From positions 1 through 61,784 of the forward strand of contig JAQXEE010000022.1 of NCBI GenBank assembly GCA_029251005.1: a DNA stretch of 61,784 nucleotides, given 5' to 3'. This document shows, one piece after another, positions 8,753-18,602 of this stretch. The DNA comes from Flavobacteriales bacterium (GTDB lineage: Bacteria; Bacteroidota; Bacteroidia; Flavobacteriales_C; GCA-002722245). The notes under the pieces were generated by a model. The model did no database searches and was not told the DNA's origin. It was given only the letters and a program-made list of their open reading frames with translations. The position numbers and the translations under genes are program-made. How positions within the stretch are numbered: position 1 is the first letter of the stretch; every line of letters starts with the position of its first letter.

Positions 8753-11023
8753 TTACTTAGATTTTACAAACTTTACCATTAAAGCTGAATGATCAAGTTT
8801 GATAAAGTAAATTCCTTCTGACAAATTTCTAACATCGGTGTTTTTAGTTGAAGTCGTCTTTACTAATTTACCTGTTTGATCAAAAATATACGCTAATTTA
8901 AAATCAGTATCTATTGTTAAATTAGAGGTTGTAGGATTAGGGAAAATATTAAAAGATTGATCTTGTATAATTTCTCGACTATTCGTAGGGCTATCCAAAA
9001 TATCAATGTAGTTAACATTTACATTCCCAACAACAAAGTCTAGTTTTAATAAATGAATTCCTTTCGTTAAATATAATGCATAAGAATAATCTACAGTTTG
9101 ATAATCCCCCCAACCACTCGTATACATCATATCCTTAGCTGGCATCCAATCCGCATCATCAATTGATAATTTCACCTTACCTAAAGCATTGCTTTCTAAG
9201 GCATATTGGGCAACGTTAAACGCTACATTATACCAACCATCTGCCTGAACATCTATAGTGTACTCTAACCATTCTCCGCTAACTGTAAACCCAACACCAT
9301 AATCTGTTGAACTTGCTATTAACCCAATATCAACTGCACTATTTGCTCTGTATGGGTTATCATTAGCAGAGGGCTCCCACTCAGAATACTCTTCATTAAA
9401 AGCAACACCATCTCCGCCTTCGTCGAAATCTTCAGCTTCAACTCTTCCTGGTATACTAATTTCACTCCCTCCAAATGGAGTTTGTCCGGTAAATAAGTCT
9501 TGAACAACAAGAGAAATATTATCTGTTGCAAAAAGCCCACCTTCATCTTCAGCTTTGAAAGTAATTGTTGTCGAACCTGTCCAACTAGCTACAGGAGATA
9601 TCGTTGCTATTCCATTTAAAACACTAATCGTAACTCCAGTATAACCAGAAACAGTGAAAACTAAATTATTATCTACTGTTTCTTCATCTTCAAAAACAGC
9701 ATTCAAATCAACTGTAAATTCATCAAAATCCACTAGTAAACTTCCATAATTTGAAGCTGCGTTATCAACATAAGGACTTTGATTTCCTCCTGAACCTGTT
9801 TTATAAATCTCTAATTCCCCTTCATGCGGGTAAACATTGATGTACAATTTACCATTTGCTTGCGTAAAATCGCTTACTGGCAAACCATCTTGTTTAACAG
9901 ACCAACCTCCAGTTAATCCATCTAAATCAACAACTACAGTCACCGAAGTTTTAACAGAAAGTCCACTTAAATAAGATGCAACGTTTACATTATATTCTCC
10001 ACCAATAGTATTCCATGACACATATATTTTATCATCTTCTGCTACGTAATTTAAATTTGGAGAATACTTTAATTTTTGGATTTGGTAAGTTAAAATCTCT
10101 GATACAGTACCAACCCACAACGTTCCCTCTTCAACCTTGTCCTGTAGATAGGTAACGTGAGCTCTGTAAGACTCTTCTTTAACAGATCCCCAGCCTGTAA
10201 GACCAACATTATGTAACTCCCTATTCGCCCACATACCTGTAGCAATAGCATTATCAACTTCATTATTTAAAACGGCTATTTGATTAGCAACATCCATAGC
10301 TTGATCATCGGCATCAAAAACTTGAACCGCCGTTCTAAAAAAACCGTCAGTGTCAGGAAAAAACGAGGATTCATCAGAGTTCTCATAACCTTCTCTGTGA
10401 AAATTTGCATCTGGAGAATAAGGACCAGACCAACCTGTTCTTGATCCTATATAACCTAAATCTTTCAATTTATTATTTGCTAGCGTAGTAAAACGATCAT
10501 AAGGAAAGATATAATAAACTGGTTCAAAGCCTGTGTTGTTCGTAATTGAATTATGTGCCGTTACTAATTGTGTATTAAAATCTGGATAACTTGAGTTTTC
10601 ACCCCAAAAGGTTGGTCCGTCATCACAAGCTCCACCACCTGGCCACAAAGCATTACCTACTGCGCAATTGTGGGTATGTGAATGACTTATTATTTCATGA
10701 TTGTGTTGAGCCATCATTACATTCTTAGCGTAACTATATGGAGATAAATACCCATTTATGTTTCGTTCAATTTCACAACTACTTGCAATTGCACCAAACG
10801 TAAACTTTATTCCTCGATTACTACAAATTGTATCAGCATATTGCCAAATCCCATCAACTCCGGGATCTCCATAATCATCATGAATCATAGTATACGCACC
10901 ATCAGCATCATTCTTCCAATCAGCAATGTGAATAGTAGGGTTTTGAGAAATGAGTTCAAAAGTTGAAACACAAAATAAAAAAATGACTAAGAGTTGTGCA
11001 AAAGGAAATTTCAATTTAAACAT
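8753..11023 (-). CDS. Secreted polysaccharide deacetylase (CE4/NodB-like) + Ig/cadherin-like + CBM6-like domain + T9SS C-terminal sorting domain
   Basis: Signal peptide; NodB-like motifs IHDDYG, HEIISHSHTH, FPYD; GRVEAEDFDEGGDGVAF...GEWLEYTIDV (CBM6-like); CTD IFPNPTT...LSEGIYFIKL...KFVK. Confidence 0.85.
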   Translation of the reverse strand: MFKLKFPFAQLLVIFLFCVSTFELISQNPTIHIADWKNDADGAYTMIHDDYGDPGVDGIWQYADTICSNRGIKFTFGAIASSCEIERNINGYLSPYSYAKNVMMAQHNHEIISHSHTHNCAVGNALWPGGGACDDGPTFWGENSSYPDFNTQLVTAHNSITNNTGFEPVYYIFPYDRFTTLANNKLKDLGYIGSRTGWSGPYSPDANFHREGYENSDESSFFPDTDGFFRTAVQVFDADDQAMDVANQIAVLNNEVDNAIATGMWANRELHNVGLTGWGSVKEESYRAHVTYLQDKVEEGTLWVGTVSEILTYQIQKLKYSPNLNYVAEDDKIYVSWNTIGGEYNVNVASYLSGLSVKTSVTVVVDLDGLTGGWSVKQDGLPVSDFTQANGKLYINVYPHEGELEIYKTGSGGNQSPYVDNAASNYGSLLVDFDEFTVDLNAVFEDEETVDNNLVFTVSGYTGVTISVLNGIATISPVASWTGSTTITFKAEDEGGLFATDNISLVVQDLFTGQTPFGGSEISIPGRVEAEDFDEGGDGVAFNEEYSEWEPSANDNPYRANSAVDIGLIASSTDYGVGFTVSGEWLEYTIDVQADGWYNVAFNVAQYALESNALGKVKLSIDDADWMPAKDMMYTSGWGDYQTVDYSYALYLTKGIHLLKLDFVVGNVNVNYIDILDSPTNSREIIQDQSFNIFPNPTTSNLTIDTDFKLAYIFDQTGKLVKTTSTKNTDVRNLSEGIYFIKLDHSALMVKFVKSK

Positions 11024-11398
11024 AGTAATACTTAATAGTTTTATTCTGAATCGTAAATTAATAGTTCAAAATCTTATTGAACTGTAAATACGATAAAAAA
11101 TCTTAGGCTTGAAAGATTAATTCAACATACAATATAATTATTTTTTAAACACAATAAAAGTCGAATTTAAAACTCTTAAATATGATATGCCTTTAAAAGG
11201 TTAAAACTTAGCATTTTTAAAAAAATGTTTCACAATACTTAAAAAGTATTTTAGGAAATCACCATTTATTAAGATGCATTTGATAGACTGATCGAATTCG
11301 AACACCTATACTGAAGAGGTTAAATACATACTTATTCGGTTAAAAATGAAAACCATTAAAAACAAACTCAATCTTATTTAAAGAGTGAGTCAAAACAT

Positions 11399-11434
11399 AA
11401 AAAAGGCCAACCCACAATTGGATTAGCCTTTTTT
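11399..11434 (-). terminator. Intrinsic terminator
   Basis: On the minus strand AGGCTAATCCA...TGGGTTGGCCT with G-U pairs then a U tract, just after the BI-1 stop. Confidence 0.75.
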
Positions 11435-11450
11435 AAAATATTTTTTATTT

Positions 11451-12152
11451 TTAGTCTCTACTCATGAAAATTTGAAGAACATAGTAGAACAACAACATAA
11501 ACGAAGCAAACAAGCCTAATGCAGCAGCAACGTGTTGAGTGCTATGGTAATCATGTACCAGTCTCGATGTTTGAAATAAAATTGAGCCACCAGCCAGCAA
11601 TACCATCGCAGCACTAAACCACAATCCTAAATCAAAGCCAAATAGAGAGCCTGCAATGATCATTGCAAAAGCGACACCAAATCCTACCATTAAAATACTT
11701 CTCAAGAAAGAAAAATCTTTTCCTGAAAAAATTGCAATACCTGACAAAGCTGTAAAAAGTCCAGCGCTCACAACTCCTGCTTGACCAATTATTTGAGTTG
11801 CTTCTCCTTGAAACTGCTCACTATATAAAACGATCATAAACAATGGTAAAAAAATCAAAGCTTCAAGAAAAGCATACAGAAATAGACCAATATATTGCTT
11901 TTGGATATTACCGGGTTCCTGTGCCCATTTATTAGCAATCCAAGTTCCTCCCATAAATAATAAGATAACAATTATCCAATTATTCGCCATTGAAATTCCA
12001 AGTTCAATACCAATTTCAGAATTGAGCAACAAAGCCTCAAAACCAACAAATGCTAAAATAGCTAACGCTACGTGGGCATAAGTTCTCTTGATAAAAGTAA
12101 CTCGATCCACCTCGGTTACATTATAAATATTAAAGTTAAATCCTTGTTCCAT
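11451..12152 (-). CDS. Bax inhibitor-1/YccA family membrane protein
   Basis: RVTFIKRTYAHV start, about 7 TM helices, KDFSFL and ILFQTS...HVAAALGLFAS motifs. Confidence 0.9.
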   Translation of the reverse strand: MEQGFNFNIYNVTEVDRVTFIKRTYAHVALAILAFVGFEALLLNSEIGIELGISMANNWIIVILLFMGGTWIANKWAQEPGNIQKQYIGLFLYAFLEALIFLPLFMIVLYSEQFQGEATQIIGQAGVVSAGLFTALSGIAIFSGKDFSFLRSILMVGFGVAFAMIIAGSLFGFDLGLWFSAAMVLLAGGSILFQTSRLVHDYHSTQHVAAALGLFASFMLLFYYVLQIFMSRD

Positions 12153-12171
12153 TTTGTTAAGTTTTGTGATA

Positions 12172-12179
12172 CAAATATA
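12172..12179 (-). promoter_or_regulatory. Bacteroidota primary-sigma -7 element (TATATTTG)
   Basis: Exact TAnnTTTG consensus 19 bp upstream of the BI-1 ATG. Confidence 0.7.
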
Positions 12180-12265
12180 TTAATTCATCTTTTAAAATTA
12201 ATCTTAAAAATACTTAAAAAAGATTGTAGCTCTTTTTTAAGTAATATCTTTATGAAAAAGGTTTG

Positions 12266-12703
12266 ATGAATCAACTCTGGCTTATATTAGGAATCTTTTG
12301 CCTTAGTGCTCTTAAGCTCTTAATAACACCATCTATTGCTGTTATAGAGGGTGAAGTATCTCTATTCATAATTGCAATATCCTCCAGTTTAGGAGCATCA
12401 TTTGGATCAATCTTATTTTTCTTTTTAGGAAAAAAAATCATTAAAATAATTGAAAATAAATTTTCTAAAAAATTAAAAAAAATACCTTTTACAAAAAATC
12501 GAAAAATAATATCTTTTAAAAATAAGTTTAATGTTTTTGGTGTTAGCATGAGTATTGGAATTTTATCTGTTCCGATTGGATCAGTTTTAGTTGCAAAATA
12601 TTTTTCAAAAAATAAAAAAGCAATACCATCTTTAATAGCAGCCTCTTTCATTTGGGCCTTTTCATTAACCTACTTCACAGCACTTGTAAGTTTAATATTT
12701 TAA
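12266..12703 (+). CDS. Hypothetical integral membrane protein (weakly DedA/small multidrug export-like)
   Basis: Several hydrophobic segments around a basic loop; ILSVPIGSVLVAKYF motif. Confidence 0.7.
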   Translation: MNQLWLILGIFCLSALKLLITPSIAVIEGEVSLFIIAISSSLGASFGSILFFFLGKKIIKIIENKFSKKLKKIPFTKNRKIISFKNKFNVFGVSMSIGILSVPIGSVLVAKYFSKNKKAIPSLIAASFIWAFSLTYFTALVSLIF

Positions 12704-12960
12704 TCAATTCCTTACATTATTTGGAGCTGCAAATACTCTTATTTTAGGTTAGCTTGATGGAATTAAACTTATTTTAATTCTTTGCACACTAGATCGTCAA
12801 CCTTTACCTGAGCTTAAAACCTTTTAAAAGTTTAAAATGCATGAACCCCATCATTTTGTAATACCAACAAGTAAAGTAAATAACATATACCACTTACAGT
12901 CAGGTTTTTAGGTTAAAAATAAGCATTTTTTTCACAAAAAGATACAGGAAACTTTAACGC

Positions 12961-12993
12961 AAAAAAAAGGTACTATTTAAAGCACCTTTTTTT
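12961..12993 (-). terminator. Intrinsic terminator after rpe
   Basis: Minus strand AAGGTGCT-ttaaat-AGTACCTT plus U tract. Confidence 0.75.
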
Positions 12994-13014
12994 ATTTTGA
13001 AATAAAATAAAAAA

Positions 13015-13686
13015 TTAAATACTTTTTACAATCGTCTCCAATCTTTTTAATTGAGCAACAGCTTCTGATGGATTTTCAGCTTTAAAAACGCTACTTCCCG
13101 CGACCAATACATCTGCACCACATTCAACTAATAACTTAGCATTATCAGTACCAACACCACCGTCAATTTCGATTAAAGCATTAGATTCAGACTCAACAAT
13201 AAGCGCTTTTAGTTCCTGCACTTTATTAAAAGTATTTCTGATGAAGCTTTGACCTCCAAAACCAGGATTAACACTCATTATACAAACCAAATCAAGATCA
13301 GCTATTACATCTTTTAAAAGGTGAATAGGCGTATGTGGATTTAAAGCAACTCCAGCTTTCATACCTTCAGCCTTTATAGCCTGTATTGTTCTGTGTAAGT
13401 GATCACAAGCTTCATAATGCACAGTTAATACATCAGCACCTGCCTTTTTAAACGTAGAAATATATCTATCTGGTTCTACAATCATTAAATGAACATCTAA
13501 AGGTTTTTTAGCATGTTTCTTAATCGCTTCCATCACTGGAAATCCAAAGGAAATATTAGGAACAAAAACACCATCCATAATATCAATATGAAACCAATCA
13601 GCTTCACTATTATTAATCATTTCAACGTCTCTCTGAATGTTCGCAAAATCTGCGGCTAGTACTGAAGGTGCAATCTTATGGTTCAT
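13015..13686 (-). CDS. rpe: Ribulose-phosphate 3-epimerase
   Basis: IAPSVLAADF, HIDIMDGVFVPNISFG, DVHLM, MSVNPGFGGQSF, IEIDGGV. Confidence 0.97.
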   Translation of the reverse strand: MNHKIAPSVLAADFANIQRDVEMINNSEADWFHIDIMDGVFVPNISFGFPVMEAIKKHAKKPLDVHLMIVEPDRYISTFKKAGADVLTVHYEACDHLHRTIQAIKAEGMKAGVALNPHTPIHLLKDVIADLDLVCIMSVNPGFGGQSFIRNTFNKVQELKALIVESESNALIEIDGGVGTDNAKLLVECGADVLVAGSSVFKAENPSEAVAQLKRLETIVKSI

Positions 13687-13827
13687 TTTAAAAAATTTAA
13701 CACGAAATTAGTTACTTTAAAGGAGTTTTGCATCAAAATTATACAGGAGGTTATAAACAATAGTAGTTAATAAACATTTTCATTCCTCCTTTAAAAAACC
13801 ATTAGATTAAGATAATTTAGCAATGGA

Positions 13828-14559
13828 ATGCTCGCAATTGTAAAAAAAGAAATACGATATTTTTTCAGCTCATTGATAGGACCAATTGTTTTGGTTTTAT
13901 TTCTAGTAACCAACTCTTTGTTTTTATGGGTGGTTCCAATCAATGATTATTTACATGTTTTAAACTCTGGGTTCGCCTCACTCGAGCCTTTATTTTCACT
14001 AGCACCTTGGATGTATCTTGTTTTAATCCCAGCAATGACTATGAGAGGATTTGCTGAAGAAAAATCGAATGGTACTATCGAATTATTACTTACAAGACCT
14101 TTAACCGAACTGCAAATTATTCTCGGTAAATTCCTAGCTTATTTCACATTACTACTTCTTACACTTGTTCCAACCTTAATTTATTACTTCTCCATTCAGT
14201 ATTTATCTAATGGAAGTATCGATCAAGGTGCAACTTGGGGTTCTTACTTAGGATTAATCCTTTTAGGAGCAAGTTTTATATCAATTGGTTTGTTTTCATC
14301 GGTGGCTACTAGCAATCAAATTATTGCTCTTTTGATCAGCATACTTCTTTGTTTGTTCTTCTACTTCGGTTTTTCATTAATTGGAGATTCAACACCAGAT
14401 TCTTCCTTTAGCTATATCATACAACAGTTTGGAATAGAAGAGCATTATTATAGTATTAGTAGAGGTTTGATTGATTCAAGAGATATTGTCTACTATTTCT
14501 GTCTAATGAGCATTTTCACATTATTAACAAAGTTGGCATTAGTTAGTCGAAAATGGTAA
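13828..14559 (+). CDS. gldF: Gliding motility ABC transporter permease GldF
   Basis: KKEIRYFFSSLIG, LAPW, PAMTMRGFAEEKSNGTIELLLTRP, HYYSISRGLIDSRD; directly upstream of gldG. Confidence 0.92.
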   Translation: MLAIVKKEIRYFFSSLIGPIVLVLFLVTNSLFLWVVPINDYLHVLNSGFASLEPLFSLAPWMYLVLIPAMTMRGFAEEKSNGTIELLLTRPLTELQIILGKFLAYFTLLLLTLVPTLIYYFSIQYLSNGSIDQGATWGSYLGLILLGASFISIGLFSSVATSNQIIALLISILLCLFFYFGFSLIGDSTPDSSFSYIIQQFGIEEHYYSISRGLIDSRDIVYYFCLMSIFTLLTKLALVSRKW

Positions 14560-14563
14560 AATA

Positions 14564-16273
14564 ATGATTAAACACAAGTTAAAAGATATCACTAACTTTT
14601 TATCAGGAGCAATCATTTTAAGCCTGGTACTTATCTTCAGTTATTTTTCATTTTTTAAAATTGATTTAACTGAAGATGATCGATTCACATTAAACGATTC
14701 TACAATCGAATTGATATCAAACTTAGATGATGTTGTTGAATTTAAAATTTACTTAGATAGTGAGCATTTACCAGCCAATTTGACCCGTGTTAAAACCTCA
14801 ATTATTGAGACTATTGAGGAGTTTTCAGACCTTTCTGATGGTGACATTGAATATGAATTCATAGATGTTTATAAAGATATAGAAGACCCAAAAGCACGTG
14901 AAAAAGAATTACTGCGTTTACAGAAAAAAGGGTTACAACTTAAAATCATCGCTGTTCCTAATTTAAACGGACAAGTCGAACGAATTTACATTCCATTAGG
15001 TGCTATTGCTTTTCATAACGGTCGCTCTATAACAGTGCCTTTTACTAGACAAAAAAAAGGAAACAACCCAACTAGTTACGAAAAAGAAATTGAAGAATTA
15101 GAATTTGAAATCACCAACGGTATAAGGAAACTAAGGCAAGACACGATGAAAAACGTAGCGTTTCTTCAAGGCCATGGAGAACTAGGAAGATATGATGTTG
15201 AAGATTTTTCAAAAGCACTTTATGAATATTATCAGACAGGCCCCGCATACTTAACTGATAAAGAAGGAAACTCTAAAATAAATGCACTTGATGGAGTTGA
15301 TTTGTTAGTTATCGCTAAACCAATGAATAAGTTCACACAGAAGGAACAATTTATTTTAGATCAATTTATAATGAAAGGTGGTAAAGTCCTTTGGATGTTA
15401 GAAGGAGCTAGAGGAGCTGAATTAGACAGTATGCAAACGCAAGGCTTGCTTTTTCCATATCCTTTAGAAACTGGACTTGATGCAATGCTCTTTAAATATG
15501 GAGTACGAGTTGATAAAAATATTGTTGAGGATTTACAATGTTCTAAAATCCCAATACAAACTACCGCAAATGGTGAAGGGAGAGGTTTTAAATTATACAA
15601 ATGGATATATAATCCAGTTTTAACATCAAATAACAAGCACCTAATCACCAAAAATTTAAATCCTATTAAATTAGAGTTTGCAAGTAGTTTAGATTCTGTT
15701 CCCGTAAAAGGTGTTTCACATTTAACCTTATTGGAGACATCAGGGAACAATAAATATAAGAAACTTCCTTCAAGAATTACATTTAACGAAACAGCAAATA
15801 GAGAAATCAAACCTCATACTTTTACAGCCGGAAAGAGACCCATAGCAATGCTTTTAAAAGGTAATTTTAATTCTTACTTCAAAAACAGAATTGCACCTAG
15901 TTTCGCCAATCATCCTTCAATTAGTTTTAAAACAAAAAGTGAATTTACAAACATGATTGTAATAAGCGATGGAGATATTTGTAAAAACTGGTTTTCGAGT
16001 AAAAATGAAATTATTCCTCTAGGAACAGATCAGTTCACTAAAGTGCATTATGACAATAAAAAATTCTTAGTGAATTGCGCCAATTTCTTATTGGACGATG
16101 AAGAATTAATTGAAGTAAGATCTAAGAAGATTAAAATGAGATTATTAGATCCTAAATTGGTGAAAGGTGAAAAGTCGTTTATGCAATTACTAAATGTTGG
16201 TCTTCCAATTGCCCTTATTTTACTGTTTAGCTTTGCTTTCATATTTTTTAGAAAAATGAGGTTTTCAAAATAA
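14564..16273 (+). CDS. gldG: Gliding motility ABC transporter auxiliary component GldG
   Basis: DLTEDDRFTL, FLQGHGEL, LDQFIMKGGKVLW, MIVISDGD, C-terminal TM. Confidence 0.92.
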   Translation: MIKHKLKDITNFLSGAIILSLVLIFSYFSFFKIDLTEDDRFTLNDSTIELISNLDDVVEFKIYLDSEHLPANLTRVKTSIIETIEEFSDLSDGDIEYEFIDVYKDIEDPKAREKELLRLQKKGLQLKIIAVPNLNGQVERIYIPLGAIAFHNGRSITVPFTRQKKGNNPTSYEKEIEELEFEITNGIRKLRQDTMKNVAFLQGHGELGRYDVEDFSKALYEYYQTGPAYLTDKEGNSKINALDGVDLLVIAKPMNKFTQKEQFILDQFIMKGGKVLWMLEGARGAELDSMQTQGLLFPYPLETGLDAMLFKYGVRVDKNIVEDLQCSKIPIQTTANGEGRGFKLYKWIYNPVLTSNNKHLITKNLNPIKLEFASSLDSVPVKGVSHLTLLETSGNNKYKKLPSRITFNETANREIKPHTFTAGKRPIAMLLKGNFNSYFKNRIAPSFANHPSISFKTKSEFTNMIVISDGDICKNWFSSKNEIIPLGTDQFTKVHYDNKKFLVNCANFLLDDEELIEVRSKKIKMRLLDPKLVKGEKSFMQLLNVGLPIALILLFSFAFIFFRKMRFSK

Positions 16274-16279
16274 ATAACA

Positions 16280-17275
16280 ATGAGAAAGCAACTCATTATT
16301 TTAGTAACATTACTAACTTCCCTAATTATTGGTTTGATATATTTTTTCAATTCAAACACCAATAACTTATCTCAAAAAGAGGAAAGAGAATTTGCGATTA
16401 AAAACACTAGTAAAATCACTAAAATTTTTTTGGTAAACGCTGAAGGAAAAAGAATTACGCTTGAGAAAGTTAATAATCATTGGCTCATAGACAACAAATA
16501 CGTTGCTAGACCATCAAGAGTTGATTTATTGCTAAAAACAGCGAAAGGCATACAAGTACAACAAAGGGTTCCAAAAGCTCAAACTCAGCAAGTTTTCAAA
16601 AATCTTACTACAAACCATATTAAAGCTGAATTTTATGAAAATGAACAACTAGTAAAAGCCTACTTTATTGGCAGTGCCGACAGGAATTCAACAGGAACTT
16701 ACGCCCTACTTATCAATCCAGAAAACTATAAAAATGCCTCCACACCATTTATCACGCACCTACTCGGTTTTCAAGGTTATTTAACACCACGATTCGAACC
16801 AACCTTAAATACGTGGAGAGATTTAAAAGTATTTTTTTTTCCTAAAAATGCGATTCAATCGATTAAGCTAGAGTACCCCAATTCACCCAAAGATAACTTC
16901 ACAATTACTTTAACAAATGGAAGCTATAAGATAACACAAAACGGAAAGTCAAAAGCAACAAATCAAGTAGCCATAAAAAAGTATTTGTTAAATTTTAAAT
17001 CTGTTGCTGCCGAAAGACTTGTTGAGAGCCCCGAAACAATTTTAAAGTTCAAGAAAAAACAACCTTGGTTTAAATTATCAGTAGAAAATCTGTTAGGGAA
17101 AACGATAAAAGTTATTGGGTACAAGAAAGAAATGCCTAAAGGGTCTACTAATGCACTAGGGCTTCCTTTAAAATTTGATCCCGATCGGTTTTATGGAGCT
17201 TGCTTTAACCAAGATTTTTGCATTTTACAGCATTACGTTTTTGATCCCATATTAACTAAATACGCGGATTTTTAA
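16280..17275 (+). CDS. DUF4340-family protein (gldFG operon)
   Basis: N-terminal anchor; FAIKNTSKITKIFL, GFQGYLTPRF...WRD motifs; position after gldG. Confidence 0.75.
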   Translation: MRKQLIILVTLLTSLIIGLIYFFNSNTNNLSQKEEREFAIKNTSKITKIFLVNAEGKRITLEKVNNHWLIDNKYVARPSRVDLLLKTAKGIQVQQRVPKAQTQQVFKNLTTNHIKAEFYENEQLVKAYFIGSADRNSTGTYALLINPENYKNASTPFITHLLGFQGYLTPRFEPTLNTWRDLKVFFFPKNAIQSIKLEYPNSPKDNFTITLTNGSYKITQNGKSKATNQVAIKKYLLNFKSVAAERLVESPETILKFKKKQPWFKLSVENLLGKTIKVIGYKKEMPKGSTNALGLPLKFDPDRFYGACFNQDFCILQHYVFDPILTKYADF

Positions 17276-17276
17276 T

Positions 17277-18182
17277 ATGAAATATGGATATTTAGAAGAT
17301 GTTAGTGGAATTGATTTCCAACTACCTGAAGCCCCTTTATTTTCCCGAAAATATTTAAAAGGTGAGAAGGCTAGTCAGCCTTCAATTTATATTGGAAGTT
17401 CCGTTTGGTCGGATAAAGATTTTAAAGGCAATTTTTACCCTGAAAAAACACCTCAAAAAAACTTTTTAAAAGAATACAGCAAACAATTCAATACCGTAGA
17501 AGTTAATGCTACGAGATACGGAACACCTCGAACATCAACTCTGAACACCTGGAAAGGCAATGCAAACGAAGGATTTAAGTTTTGTTTTAAAATGCCGCAA
17601 ATCATTACTCAACGTAAAAACCTTCTAGCGCTAGATGTTTTAGAAAGATTAGAGCAATTTATTTTGGCAATGGATAGTATGGATGGTAAATTAGGAACAA
17701 CTTTTATCCTCTTACAAAACAGTTTCAATAAGGAGAGGCTATATGAGTTAAGAGGTTTTTTAGAACAATTACCGGTTTCCCAAAAATTCGCTATCGAAGT
17801 AAGAAACTCCAATTTCAATCAATCGGAAGCGTTTTGCGATTTACTTCACGAGTTTAATATTTCGAATGTAATAACAGATACTGCGGGGGAAAGATCAATA
17901 ATTCACAAAACTGTCACCTCTAATTCTGCTTTTATTCGATTTGTAGGAAATGGCCTAATAGAGACTGATTATAACAGAATTAACGCTTGGATTGATCAAA
18001 TAGAAATATGGGTTAACCAAGGTGTTAATGAATTTTTCTTTTTACACCATCAACCAAATCAAGCAAGACGGCTTTCTGGTTTTGCCGCAAAATATATGAT
18101 TGATCAAATAAATTTAAGGTTACCCAATTTAAAAATAAAATCTCCTCATGATTATTCATCAATTACCTCGTCTGAAAATTAA
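17277..18182 (+). CDS. DUF72-family protein
   Basis: YIGSSVW, YSKQFNTVEVNATRY, FKFCFKMPQIIT, AIEVR, FIRFVG. Confidence 0.9.
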   Translation: MKYGYLEDVSGIDFQLPEAPLFSRKYLKGEKASQPSIYIGSSVWSDKDFKGNFYPEKTPQKNFLKEYSKQFNTVEVNATRYGTPRTSTLNTWKGNANEGFKFCFKMPQIITQRKNLLALDVLERLEQFILAMDSMDGKLGTTFILLQNSFNKERLYELRGFLEQLPVSQKFAIEVRNSNFNQSEAFCDLLHEFNISNVITDTAGERSIIHKTVTSNSAFIRFVGNGLIETDYNRINAWIDQIEIWVNQGVNEFFFLHHQPNQARRLSGFAAKYMIDQINLRLPNLKIKSPHDYSSITSSEN

Positions 18183-18602
18183 ACTACAAAAGAGAAGTTA
18201 AACAACATCTAAAATTGAACTTCTTTTTCTCAAAAATTTAGTACGTCCAAGTTAATTTCATTAAAAAAACTCATCAATTCAAAAGAAGCAATTATCATAA
18301 ATATTGAGAAAATAAATCTCTATTCTCTTTTTTTAATGTACAAATAGAGAACTATTAATGGTTGAGAATATTTACAAATTATAACAAAAAAACTGATAAA
18401 CACGCTTTATATTTTAAAGATTTAAGGGTTAAGGTTATCTATGTTCAACACAAAAAATCAATATATTTTCATAATAAGCCGATTGATTCGATTAGTACAC
18501 CTCACATCTTTAAATAAAAACCCACTATTCACTTTAACCTAAATGTATTTTTTTTTACTCAACTTATAGTATTTGTTAGTATTTTCGTATTAAATAATAA
18601 GC

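Noticed and set aside
13828-16273. gldF-gldG without gldA, and the ATPase at 4897 as a possible gldA
   Set aside because: gldA is normally unlinked; the 4897 ATPase looks like an FbpC/PotA-type importer ATPase, not GldA
18183-18602. 420-bp gap upstream of the repeat protein
   Set aside because: Very AT-rich with only weak imperfect inverted repeats; no ORF, riboswitch or repeat that I can support
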